Origin: a virus
Taxonomy: Duplodnaviria; Caudoviricetes
Virus record (IMG/VR): IMGVR_UViG_3300017780_001066
Span: 1 to 25,063 of that record
Length of the DNA: 25,063 nucleotides
Reading direction: 5' to 3' (one strand)
Shown: piece by piece, positions 16,856 to 24,863 of the stretch
Numbering within the stretch: the stretch's first letter is position 1
Layout of the letters: the number at the start of each line of letters is the position of its first letter
Notes under the pieces: model-generated
Told to the model about the DNA's origin: nothing
Databases searched by the model: none
The model's input: the letters and a program-made list of their open reading frames with translations, nothing else
Position numbers and translations under genes: made by a program

Positions 16856-18732
16856 TGTCTACACAGATCACCCAACCTTTTGATGAACCGTTTTTTGGTG
16901 GTGGTTCTGAAGGTGGCACTAGCGCTTTAGCAAACCTTGGTGGCTCTATGGTTGCTATCAACGGGCGTATTTATCCTATTGATACTGGTTCTAATGCTTA
17001 TAGTCAAAAAAGTATTGATGTGTTGCAGCAACGTAACACTACAGATAACCGTGACTTGTTGTTGTTGCCTCAAAACATTTGGCGTCAGCAAAGTTCTGAC
17101 TGGAGTTCGGGTGCTGGTCAAACTAACTTGGATCGTGATAACGCTATTCAATCACGGTATGAGGATTCGTTTGGTATTGATCCGTGGACTAAGTGGCGGT
17201 TTAGTTTGCTTCCTAAAACAGAGTTAATGCAGGCTACTAGCGGTAAAACGTGGCTTACTTTACAGAATGGTTATCTTGTTGTTGTTAATGGAAACACGAC
17301 TTACTGGTGGTCTGATTATGGAACAATGTCTGCTTCTGTTTCTATTGGTTCTTTACCTATTGTTGATATTGCTGATCGCGCACCAACTGTTCTTGCTCTT
17401 AATAACGGTGGATACATTTATCAGTTAACGGCTTCTGCTGGTCCTGCTACTACATACAATCCTAATGCGTTTAGTGGCGCTAACTTTATTGCTTGGGAAA
17501 AAGATTATCTTTTGTGTGGTGATGAAAACATTCTTAAATTGGTTACTGCAACTACAGCAACAACTATTTTTACTCATCCCGAATCTACTTTTCGGTGGGA
17601 ATCAGCGTGTAGTGGTCCTCAATGTATTTATGTTCTTGGTGGTGTTGGGGATCAATATGTTGTTCATAAGGTAACTATTAAAGATGATGGTACTGGTTTG
17701 AATCCAGCGATTGTTGCTGTTACTTTGCCTGATGGTGAGGTTGGGTACAAGATTGAAGAGTATCTTGGATACGTTTTTATTGGTACGAGTAAAGGTGTGC
17801 GTATGGCGCAGCCTGATGCTAATGGTGATCTTCTTCTTGGTTCTGTTATTCCTACTGTTGAACCTGTTCAAGCGTTTGAGGGTCAGGATCGTTTTATGTG
17901 GTATGGGGTTTCTAGTATGGACCCCGGTTATGTGACGGTGAATAATGATACGGCTGACGTTTTTCCCACTACTTCGGTTCCCGGTTTGGGTCGTTTAGAT
18001 TTGTCTACTTTTACTACTGGCCCTTTGACTCCAGCGTTTGCAAACGATATTGCTGCTTGGGATGAGGGTGCTGCTGTTGTTAACGCGATTGCTACTTGGT
18101 TGGGTCGTAAGGTTTTTACGGTTACTGATGGTGGTGTTTATTATGAGGGTGCTGATCTTGTTCCTGCTGGTTGGCTTACGCAGGGTTCTATGTCGTTTAG
18201 TGTTGAGGATTTGAAGGCTGCTTTATATATTCAGGCTAAGTGGGTTCCTAGTTGTGGTCAGTTAAATTTGGATTTGTCGTATGACTCTAGTGCTTATGCC
18301 CGTTATGCCAGTATTACTGTGGGTACGAATATTATTCGTAGCGACAACATTAATCTTTATGGAACTAAATTCTCTCGCATCAATGTTCGCTACGTTATAA
18401 GTCGCTGCCCTACTAACAATACTGAAGGCCCTATACCTACTCGCTGGGAACTACGCGCTTTTGCTGTCAAAGGGCAAGCATCTCGGTGGGACGTTCCGGT
18501 GATGATTGCTGACGAGGTTGACATCAACGGGATGGTAGAATCTAGGAACTCGCTAGATGACAAAAATGCGTTGCTTAGTTTGATTCAGAATGGAACGGTT
18601 TTTCAGTATCAAGAATCGGGCCAGTCGTATCAAGTTCTTGCTCGTGATTTTGTTTGGCAGCCTCAAAGGTTGTCTACTACGGGTAATGGTTGGCAAGGCA
18701 CATTTTTGATTACGCTTGAGGAAGTGGTGTAA
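16855..18732 (+). CDS. Putative tail nozzle / tail tubular protein B-like (625 aa, beta-rich)
   Basis: Beta-strand-rich, propeller-like composition and N-terminal WRQQSSDWSSGAGQ motif. Position after the adaptor matches podovirus gene order. Confidence 0.6.
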   Translation: MSTQITQPFDEPFFGGGSEGGTSALANLGGSMVAINGRIYPIDTGSNAYSQKSIDVLQQRNTTDNRDLLLLPQNIWRQQSSDWSSGAGQTNLDRDNAIQSRYEDSFGIDPWTKWRFSLLPKTELMQATSGKTWLTLQNGYLVVVNGNTTYWWSDYGTMSASVSIGSLPIVDIADRAPTVLALNNGGYIYQLTASAGPATTYNPNAFSGANFIAWEKDYLLCGDENILKLVTATTATTIFTHPESTFRWESACSGPQCIYVLGGVGDQYVVHKVTIKDDGTGLNPAIVAVTLPDGEVGYKIEEYLGYVFIGTSKGVRMAQPDANGDLLLGSVIPTVEPVQAFEGQDRFMWYGVSSMDPGYVTVNNDTADVFPTTSVPGLGRLDLSTFTTGPLTPAFANDIAAWDEGAAVVNAIATWLGRKVFTVTDGGVYYEGADLVPAGWLTQGSMSFSVEDLKAALYIQAKWVPSCGQLNLDLSYDSSAYARYASITVGTNIIRSDNINLYGTKFSRINVRYVISRCPTNNTEGPIPTRWELRAFAVKGQASRWDVPVMIADEVDINGMVESRNSLDDKNALLSLIQNGTVFQYQESGQSYQVLARDFVWQPQRLSTTGNGWQGTFLITLEEVV

Positions 18733-19233
18733 ATGAGACGTTCATATGCTGGTGCTGCTAAGCCTGCTCTTTTAACGGCTGTTTTGAATGGTACTACTGC
18801 TGCCCTGACTATTACTTGTAATGATCTGTCTAACTACCCTACGGGTTCTGGTGGACCGTTTTTTGTGGTGGTTGATCGTGGTGAGGTGACTGAGGAAAAG
18901 ATTCTTTGTGTTTCTCGTGCCGGTAATATCTTAACTGTTTACAATACTGGGTTGGTTAATGGTCGTGGTAATGATGGTACGACTGTGGCTTCTCATTCTG
19001 TTGGTGCTGAGATTGAGCATATTTTTACTGCCACGGATGCGGATGAGGCTAACTCTCACGTTAATTCAGCCTCAAATGTGCATAGTGTGACTGGTAGCGT
19101 GGTGGGTACTACGGACACACAGACTTTAACTAATAAGACTCTTACTAATGTGACTGTCAATGGTGCTACGTTTAGCGGTACTATTAATGGTATTGAAGTA
19201 GGATTAAACCCGTTATTCCTGATTGGAGCATGA
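18733..19233 (+). CDS. Putative tail fibre base / adaptor protein (166 aa)
   Basis: Motifs EEKILC, GRGNDGT..SHSVGAEIEH and the fibre motif TDTQTLTNKTLT. Ends LNPLFLIGA. Confidence 0.6.
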   Translation: MRRSYAGAAKPALLTAVLNGTTAALTITCNDLSNYPTGSGGPFFVVVDRGEVTEEKILCVSRAGNILTVYNTGLVNGRGNDGTTVASHSVGAEIEHIFTATDADEANSHVNSASNVHSVTGSVVGTTDTQTLTNKTLTNVTVNGATFSGTINGIEVGLNPLFLIGA

Positions 19234-19234
19234 C

Positions 19235-19567
19235 ATGGCAACAGCATACAAATACGCACAGGTTCAAGGCACGGCAGGAACAAGTACGTATGCCACCTTA
19301 TACAACACTCCTGCTTTGACTGAGGCAGTGATCTCTTCGCTAGTAATTACAAACCAGTCTTCAAGTGCCGTCACGGTACGGGTGGGTATGGACACTACTG
19401 CGGGTACACCGGGCGCTTCAGAGTTCCTTGTGTATGACGCTGCGGTTGCTGGTAACGATACGATTGCACTCACACTGGGTATTACTATGCCTGCGAGCAA
19501 CTTTATTCGTGTTTCGTCTAGTGCGAGTACATGCAACTTCACTGCGTTTTTAAGTGAGATTTCATAA
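19235..19567 (+). CDS. Small beta-sandwich tail-fibre-associated protein (110 aa)
   Basis: Start moved to ATG 19235 (GGAG SD). MATAYK..Q...TLY..P....VISSL.ITN...LTLGIT...F.SEIS is a common phage tail-module family pattern. Confidence 0.7.
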   Translation: MATAYKYAQVQGTAGTSTYATLYNTPALTEAVISSLVITNQSSSAVTVRVGMDTTAGTPGASEFLVYDAAVAGNDTIALTLGITMPASNFIRVSSSASTCNFTAFLSEIS

Positions 19568-20079
19568 TGGCTATGAACTCGCTTGCTCTTAGTACAAATA
19601 ATCTTACTTCTCAGTTGGCTGCAAAACTTGACCTTGCGGGTGGAAAAATATTGCAGATAGTAAGGGCAACAGATACAACAAGCCGAACAACGACCAGTAC
19701 AAGTTTTACGGATGTGACTGGGATGAGCGTTACAATTACTCCGCAAAAAAATACAAGTTCCATTTTGGTTTTGTCAATGTTCCGAGTAAACGTTCTTGAT
19801 ACTGCTTCTGATTTGGTTCTCAGCAATTTTCAACTAACAAATAGTTCTAATACCGCTCTTTCCGGTGCAGAAGCCATGCCGGTTGGAACTTTGAGATTTA
19901 CAACAACCGCTAATCCTCGTCTTTGGATGCCAATTTGTTTAGTTGGATATTCGTCACCGGCAACAACTTCAGCAACAACCTATAAATTAAGATTTAATAG
20001 TCAAAATGCCTCTATCACAACAGAATTAGAAAACAATGATAGTACAGGCCAAATGTACGCAATCGAGGTCAGCGCATGA
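19567..20079 (+). CDS. Tail fibre tip / receptor-binding-like protein (170 aa)
   Basis: Pattern GGKILQIV...TTSTSFTDVTGMSVTITP...SILV...DSP-like SSPATTSATTYK...MYAIEVSA. Thr/Ser-rich. Confidence 0.6.
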   Translation: MAMNSLALSTNNLTSQLAAKLDLAGGKILQIVRATDTTSRTTTSTSFTDVTGMSVTITPQKNTSSILVLSMFRVNVLDTASDLVLSNFQLTNSSNTALSGAEAMPVGTLRFTTTANPRLWMPICLVGYSSPATTSATTYKLRFNSQNASITTELENNDSTGQMYAIEVSA

Positions 20080-20339
20080 TAAGAACAAGTCAAGCAGTCG
20101 CATCCCTACGCCCTAACATTGAATGGAGCATGAACGGTGACGATGTTGAGGGCATCATTTGGCACACGCCAGACGTTGAACCATTAACCACCGCTGAAGT
20201 TGAAGCGGAAATCCTACGCCTTGAACAGGCTGCTATTGATGCTGATGCAGCCAAGGTTGCTGCGCGTGAATCGGCGATGGCGAAGTTGGCTGCTCTTGGT
20301 TTGAACGTGGATGAAATCACTTCACTGATTGGAAACTAA
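20076..20339 (+). CDS. Putative tail fibre assembly chaperone (87 aa)
   Basis: ATGA overlap. The LRPNIEW...IIW...P.T.AEVEAE pattern and C-terminal SAMAKLAALGL..DEI are typical of small fibre partners. Confidence 0.55.
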   Translation: MIRTSQAVASLRPNIEWSMNGDDVEGIIWHTPDVEPLTTAEVEAEILRLEQAAIDADAAKVAARESAMAKLAALGLNVDEITSLIGN

Positions 20340-22051
20340 TGACTATCTCTAAACTTTCAACAGCCCAAGGTGCAGGGTCAGCGATTCCAACAGCGGGTCG
20401 TTTCGCACAAATTTCTAGCGGTGGAACTGTAACGAGTTATGTGGACGGGGGGATTACTTATGAGGTGAGAACTTTCTCGTCTTCGGGAAGTTTAGTTGTT
20501 TCTAGTTCCGGTGTTGTGGATGTGTTGGTTATCGGTGGAGGTGGAGCAGGCGGTGATCGTGGAAGTGCATTTGACCGCAATCACGGTGGTGGCGGTGCTG
20601 GAGGATTTGTTAGCGCAACAAGTGTTTTTTTACCTGCTTCAACAATAACTGTAACTGTGGGTGCTGGAGCAGCACGGAAAACTGAAGGTGGCACAAGTAG
20701 TAGTTTTGACAAGATCGCTGCAATAGGTGGCGGTAGTGGCCCTTATCAAGATAGCGGTGACTTTCAACCTAATCGTGGCGGTTCAGGCGGTGGCGGTGCG
20801 GGTACAACTGGTGTGCCTGCTCGTACTGCTGCTGGTGGTATGGCTTCTCAAGGAAACAACGGTGGCGACGGAGTTAATGCTGCTGACGGTGCGGCAGCCG
20901 GTGGTGGGGGCGGGGGCGGGGCTGGTGCTGTTGGTGCTGTTGGAACATCTTCAGTTGGTGGCGCTGGAGGCGCGGGTAGTGCGAGTAGCATTACGGGCAC
21001 TTCGACAACTTATGCCGGTGGCGGTGGAGGTTCACGAAACTCAGGATCGCCCGGCGCTGGTGGTTCAGGTGGCGGTGGTGCAGGTGGTACGACGAACGGC
21101 ACTAATGGCACTGCGAATCTTGGTGGTGGGGGTGGGGGAGCGTTTAGTTCTAACACTGCGGGTACAGGTGGTTCCGGTGTGGTTATTGTCCGAACAATTA
21201 CTGCCGGTTCAGCAGCGGGTGTCAGTGCTACTGGTGGAACAGTTACGACGTACACGGGTGACGGAACAACAGGTATAAATGGTCAGTTGTACCGTGTCCA
21301 TTCTTTCACTTCGAGTTCGACTCTTGAAGTTAGTGGTTCTGGTTTTGTAGATTGCCTTGTTCTTGGCGGTGGCGGGGGCAGTGGCGGTTCGCAGGGCGGT
21401 GGCGGTGGCGGGGCGCAAGTTCTGTCAGTAACTTCCCATTTCTTGCAGACAGGCAGTATTACCGTAACGGTGGGTGCAGGCGGGGCTGGCACAGTTTATT
21501 CCACAAGTGCTGCCGGTGGCGGAGCAAACGGTGGTAGTTCAAAAGTCGGATCGCTTCAAGCGATAGGTGGTGGTGGCGGTGGATCAAATAATGGGCAAAC
21601 TAACTCTGGTTATTTTGGTTTCCGTGGCGGCAGTGGCGGTGGCGGTGCTGGTGGCAGTTCGGCTGCTGCGAGTAACGGTGGAGCAACTCTTATTGTTGAT
21701 GGTTTTGCTGGTGGAAATGGTTTTGTTGGCGCTAATGGCGCAGGCGGTGGCGGTGCTGGCAGTGGTGCAGTAGGTGCAAACGGCACAAGTTCAACGGCAG
21801 GTGGTGCTGGTGGCGCAGGAACGGCTTCAACGATCACCGGAACATCTGTCACTCTTGGAGGAGGCGGAGGAGGCGGTAGTCTTACTACTGGAGCGGGTGC
21901 TGGTGGCGCTGGTGGAGGCGGTGCGGGTGGAAACAATGCTGCTGGAACAGCGGGGACTGCGAACACGGGCGGCGGTGCGGGGGGAACAGGAAGCGCAGCG
22001 AACGGTGTGGCTGGCGGTTCCGGTATCGTAATCGTTCGCTACCCAATCTAA
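20339..22051 (+). CDS. Glycine-rich virion protein with two tandem glycine-rich domains (570 aa)
   Basis: Two homologous units, each GGTVT...Y.V..F.SS..L.VS.SG.VD.LV.GGGG...GSG(V/I)VIVR, at about 20414-21193 and 21224-22051. Confidence 0.85.
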   Translation: MTISKLSTAQGAGSAIPTAGRFAQISSGGTVTSYVDGGITYEVRTFSSSGSLVVSSSGVVDVLVIGGGGAGGDRGSAFDRNHGGGGAGGFVSATSVFLPASTITVTVGAGAARKTEGGTSSSFDKIAAIGGGSGPYQDSGDFQPNRGGSGGGGAGTTGVPARTAAGGMASQGNNGGDGVNAADGAAAGGGGGGGAGAVGAVGTSSVGGAGGAGSASSITGTSTTYAGGGGGSRNSGSPGAGGSGGGGAGGTTNGTNGTANLGGGGGGAFSSNTAGTGGSGVVIVRTITAGSAAGVSATGGTVTTYTGDGTTGINGQLYRVHSFTSSSTLEVSGSGFVDCLVLGGGGGSGGSQGGGGGGAQVLSVTSHFLQTGSITVTVGAGGAGTVYSTSAAGGGANGGSSKVGSLQAIGGGGGGSNNGQTNSGYFGFRGGSGGGGAGGSSAAASNGGATLIVDGFAGGNGFVGANGAGGGGAGSGAVGANGTSSTAGGAGGAGTASTITGTSVTLGGGGGGGSLTTGAGAGGAGGGGAGGNNAAGTAGTANTGGGAGGTGSAANGVAGGSGIVIVRYPI

Positions 22052-22074
22052 AAAATAACGAGAGGAAAATAATC

Positions 22075-22335
22075 ATGGCACATGCAGCGCGTATTGAAGA
22101 TGGAATTGTTCGGGAAGTAATTGTTGTCCCTGACGATTTGGATGCAACGGAATCGGATGCAGCGATTGAGGCGTACATTCACGGTATTGGTTTGACGGGT
22201 ACTTGGATTCGTACAAGTTATAACGCTACTAATGGTTTCCGTGGATGCTATGCGGGTATCGGTTACTCGTATGACAGCGAGAATGATGTGTTCGTTGCTC
22301 CTGTCACAGTTGAGACACCTGAAGATGCAGCGTGA
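22075..22335 (+). CDS. Small conserved partner of glycine-rich proteins (86 aa)
   Basis: GAGG SD. Pattern MAH.A.I....V..VIVV...WI.TSYN...FR..YAGIG.SYD...D.F. Confidence 0.75.
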   Translation: MAHAARIEDGIVREVIVVPDDLDATESDAAIEAYIHGIGLTGTWIRTSYNATNGFRGCYAGIGYSYDSENDVFVAPVTVETPEDAA

Positions 22336-22532
22336 AAAACGCATTAAGTAAGTTAATGTCGCGTGAAGGACGCAAATACATTTACATTGTGTCCCTCGCT
22401 GTTGTTGCTTTGCTCGGGTTTTATGGGGTGATTACTGATGAGGCAGCCCCTATGTGGATTGCTCTTGTAGCAGCGATTATTTCTCCTCCGCTTGCTTTGT
22501 CTCACCTGTCTCCGAAAGAGCCTGTAGAGTAA
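22332..22532 (+). CDS. Putative holin (66 aa, two TM segments)
   Basis: GTGA overlap. RKYIY followed by two hydrophobic helices (IVSLAVVALLGFYGVI; MWIALVAAII), like actinophage holins. Near the endolysin. Confidence 0.7.
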   Translation: MKNALSKLMSREGRKYIYIVSLAVVALLGFYGVITDEAAPMWIALVAAIISPPLALSHLSPKEPVE

Positions 22533-22536
22533 ACCC

Positions 22537-22851
22537 ATGTTGTTCCCTACCTCTGTAGTGGATGAGTGGATTCTTGCTCTTGCTGCTTTCATTATTGCCG
22601 TTGGCATTATCTGGAAAGGTATGTCTAGTATTTATAATGTTGTTAGGCGCATGGAGGAAACCTTAGGGGTGGATGAGCAAGGAAGAAGCATAAGTGACCG
22701 TTTGAATCGGGTGGAACATCAGTTGTTTCCTAACGGCGGGTCGTCCTTGACAGACAAGATTAACCGTATAGCGTTTGAGCAAAAAGAACTAAAACATGAA
22801 CTTGACCTAGTGAAGGTGCAGATCAATGGGATACCCAAAAGAACAGATTAG
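22537..22851 (+). CDS. Membrane-anchored coiled-coil protein of the lysis cassette (DUF2746-like)
   Basis: N-terminal TM helix, then coiled coil with the NGGSSL.DKINRI motif seen in actinophage lysis-region proteins. Confidence 0.6.
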   Translation: MLFPTSVVDEWILALAAFIIAVGIIWKGMSSIYNVVRRMEETLGVDEQGRSISDRLNRVEHQLFPNGGSSLTDKINRIAFEQKELKHELDLVKVQINGIPKRTD

Positions 22852-22930
22852 CGATTGCGCTATACCTGACGATCTTGACAACAACATTGAATTGGATGTG
22901 GAGAAATCGTGGCTTTCCATACTTCGTTGA
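22826..22930 (+). CDS. Possible 34-aa acidic micro-ORF overlapping both neighbours
   Basis: GAAGGTG at 22812-22818, then ATG: MGYPKEQISDCAIPDDLDNNIELDVEKSWLSILR*. Spans the 57-nt gap between neighbouring genes. Confidence 0.3.
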   Translation: MGYPKEQISDCAIPDDLDNNIELDVEKSWLSILR

Positions 22931-23514
22931 AAAGGGCTTTGAGTAAGAATCTTCCTAATCGTGTTGTGTATATGAAGGATTGGAAGGTTCAGCAGCGGGT
23001 TAATTGGCGGGGTACTCCTGCTCTTCCTGTTGCTCTGATGCTTCATCACACTGCTGGCGCTGCTACTGAGTCCACTAGCCCTACGGTTGCTGGTAATCAG
23101 AAGGGTGCTAACAACGGGATCATTAACTATATTCAGAATCATTTTGAGGTTCCGGCAGCGAACTTTACGTTGGACCGTGATGGCACTGTGTATGTTCATT
23201 CCGCTTACCCTGTGTGGCATGCGGGGGTTGGTTCTTTTAAGAAGAAGTTTCCTTGGGAAGTTTTTGGTATCCCGGACAACATGGGTAACGATTACTTGTT
23301 GGGCGTGGAGATCATGTCTAAGGGTAAGAAGAAGGACTTTACTGCTGCCCAGAAGTCTTCGTTGGATAAGTTGATGGAGGCGTGTGGGGTTGCTGCTAAG
23401 TGGCCTGAGGAGAAGCGTAAGGCTGATGTTCGTCATCCTCGCCATAAGGATTGGACTCGCCGTAAGCCAGATATTTTGTATGAACAGTCTGAAGTAAATC
23501 GTTGGTTGATTTAA
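22909..23514 (+). CDS. Endolysin, N-acetylmuramoyl-L-alanine amidase (Amidase_2/PGRP-like)
   Basis: GTG start with GGAG SD. Zn-amidase motifs LHHTA, WHAG, LGVEI and RHKDW...KPD. No separate cell-wall-binding domain seen. Confidence 0.9.
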   Translation: MAFHTSLKRALSKNLPNRVVYMKDWKVQQRVNWRGTPALPVALMLHHTAGAATESTSPTVAGNQKGANNGIINYIQNHFEVPAANFTLDRDGTVYVHSAYPVWHAGVGSFKKKFPWEVFGIPDNMGNDYLLGVEIMSKGKKKDFTAAQKSSLDKLMEACGVAAKWPEEKRKADVRHPRHKDWTRRKPDILYEQSEVNRWLI

Positions 23515-23515
23515 T

Positions 23516-24253
23516 ATGCGCGTATGGCTGATAAGCGACCTTCAGGTTCCCTATCACGATAGGAAAGCCGTGGACGCTGTATCTGAAGCGATACGGGATC
23601 TTCGTAGCCCTGACGATATTGTGGTTACGGTTGGTGATGAAATTGATTTACCTCAAATTGGACGCTGGACGCAGGGTAAGGCTGGTGAGTGGGAGCGCAC
23701 GATTGGGCGTGACCGCGACATGACCGTGGAGATATTAGCCAATCTGGGGGTCAATCATTGTATCCGGTCAAATCATACGGATAGGCTGCTAAATGCCCTC
23801 ACAAGCCGCTTACCGGGCCTCTTAGGGCTACCTGAGTTGGATCTGAAGAACTTCCTGCGTCTGGATGAGTTAGGAATTACTTACCATGAGGAGGCTTTTC
23901 GAGTTGCTCCAGGCTGGGTAGTCATGCATGGGGACGAATCGGGCGTAAGCGGCGTACCGGGACAAACCGCATGGTCGCTTACTCAAAAGGTTGGTATGTC
24001 GGTGGCTTGTGGTCATACGCATAGAGCCGGTATCCGACCTCACACTCAGAGTGTTAATGGCAAGATAACCCGAACCATGTATGGGATGGAAGTCGGATGT
24101 CTAATGGATTTCAACCAAGCCAAATACACGAAGACACACAACTGGCAGCAAGCCTTCGGTATCCTCTATGTCGAAGGAACAAAAGTGTCACCTTCACTGA
24201 TTTACATAGACAATAAATCGTTCGTTGTGGAAGGGCACAGGTACTCGTGGTGA
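23516..24253 (+). CDS. Calcineurin-like metallophosphoesterase
   Basis: Motifs ISDLQ.PYHD, GDEID, SNH, HGD and GHTH in canonical order. Confidence 0.9.
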   Translation: MRVWLISDLQVPYHDRKAVDAVSEAIRDLRSPDDIVVTVGDEIDLPQIGRWTQGKAGEWERTIGRDRDMTVEILANLGVNHCIRSNHTDRLLNALTSRLPGLLGLPELDLKNFLRLDELGITYHEEAFRVAPGWVVMHGDESGVSGVPGQTAWSLTQKVGMSVACGHTHRAGIRPHTQSVNGKITRTMYGMEVGCLMDFNQAKYTKTHNWQQAFGILYVEGTKVSPSLIYIDNKSFVVEGHRYSW

Positions 24254-24525
24254 TAGATCCAACAGTCGCTGTAGATGCTATACGTCTTGTTGACGAGGAT
24301 CGTAATGATTCGTATGGCCCCCCTGAAAAGAACCTGCAACGCATAGCAGAAATGTGGAGTGGGTATCTTGGTATCCCAATTACTAAAGAAGATGTCTCGC
24401 TGATGATGGTTCTGCTCAAAATTAGCCGGTCTAAGGCTGGATACAGCAGGGATAACGCTGTTGATGGTGTCGCATATTTTCTTATCCATGACAGCATGGC
24501 AAGATATGAACATGGCAATAAGTAA
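24247..24525 (+). CDS. DUF6378-like protein (92 aa)
   Basis: Signature DR...YGPP..N..RIA.MWS.YL.....EDV..MM.LLK.SR......DN.VD...Y. Confidence 0.8.
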   Translation: MVIDPTVAVDAIRLVDEDRNDSYGPPEKNLQRIAEMWSGYLGIPITKEDVSLMMVLLKISRSKAGYSRDNAVDGVAYFLIHDSMARYEHGNK

Positions 24526-24712
24526 AAACCTGATAGCAAAAGTCACTTACGGTGAGTTGCGTGTGGAACTTATCGCTGAAGGTGCATCGTGGAATCCTGA
24601 TGTAGCGGATGATCTTATTAAGCGTGTGAATAACCTGTGGAAAGAATCATTGAACTCCATGATTGAAACGAACGCATGGAAGTTGATTGATGCGGATGAA
24701 GAAGATGACTGA
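24506..24712 (+). CDS. Small hypothetical protein with acidic C-terminus (about 66-68 aa)
   Basis: Likely start at ATG 24506 or 24512, overlapping the previous stop. Ends DADEEDD with TGATG coupling to the next ORF. Confidence 0.65.
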   Translation: MNMAISKNLIAKVTYGELRVELIAEGASWNPDVADDLIKRVNNLWKESLNSMIETNAWKLIDADEEDD

Positions 24713-24849
24713 TGGACGAACCTGTAATACCCTGTGATCGTTGCGGTAAACCCGGTGGTGTAGCGCATAAGGGCTGGAATTTGTTGTGTGATCCGTGTGC
24801 TATACAAGATGAGTTAGAGTTTTGGGAAGACAAACTAGATCCTTGGTGA
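24712..24849 (+). CDS. Small zinc-finger protein, 45 aa (not in ORF track)
   Basis: MDEPVIPCDRCGKPGGVAHKGWNLLCDPCAIQDELEFWEDKLDPW*: CxxC-x14-CxxC, with TGATG coupling. Confidence 0.75.
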   Translation: MDEPVIPCDRCGKPGGVAHKGWNLLCDPCAIQDELEFWEDKLDPW

Positions 24850-24863
24850 AAGCGAAGGGAACC

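Noticed and set aside
22747-22903. TTGACA hexamers at 22747 and 22875 as lysis promoters
   Set aside because: The first has only a 16-nt spacer to a weak TAGCGT and lies inside a CDS. The second has no -10 at proper spacing. Evidence is insufficient.
22807-23445. 212-aa minus-strand ORF
   Set aside because: It is an antisense shadow of the well-supported amidase, with no motif or SD.
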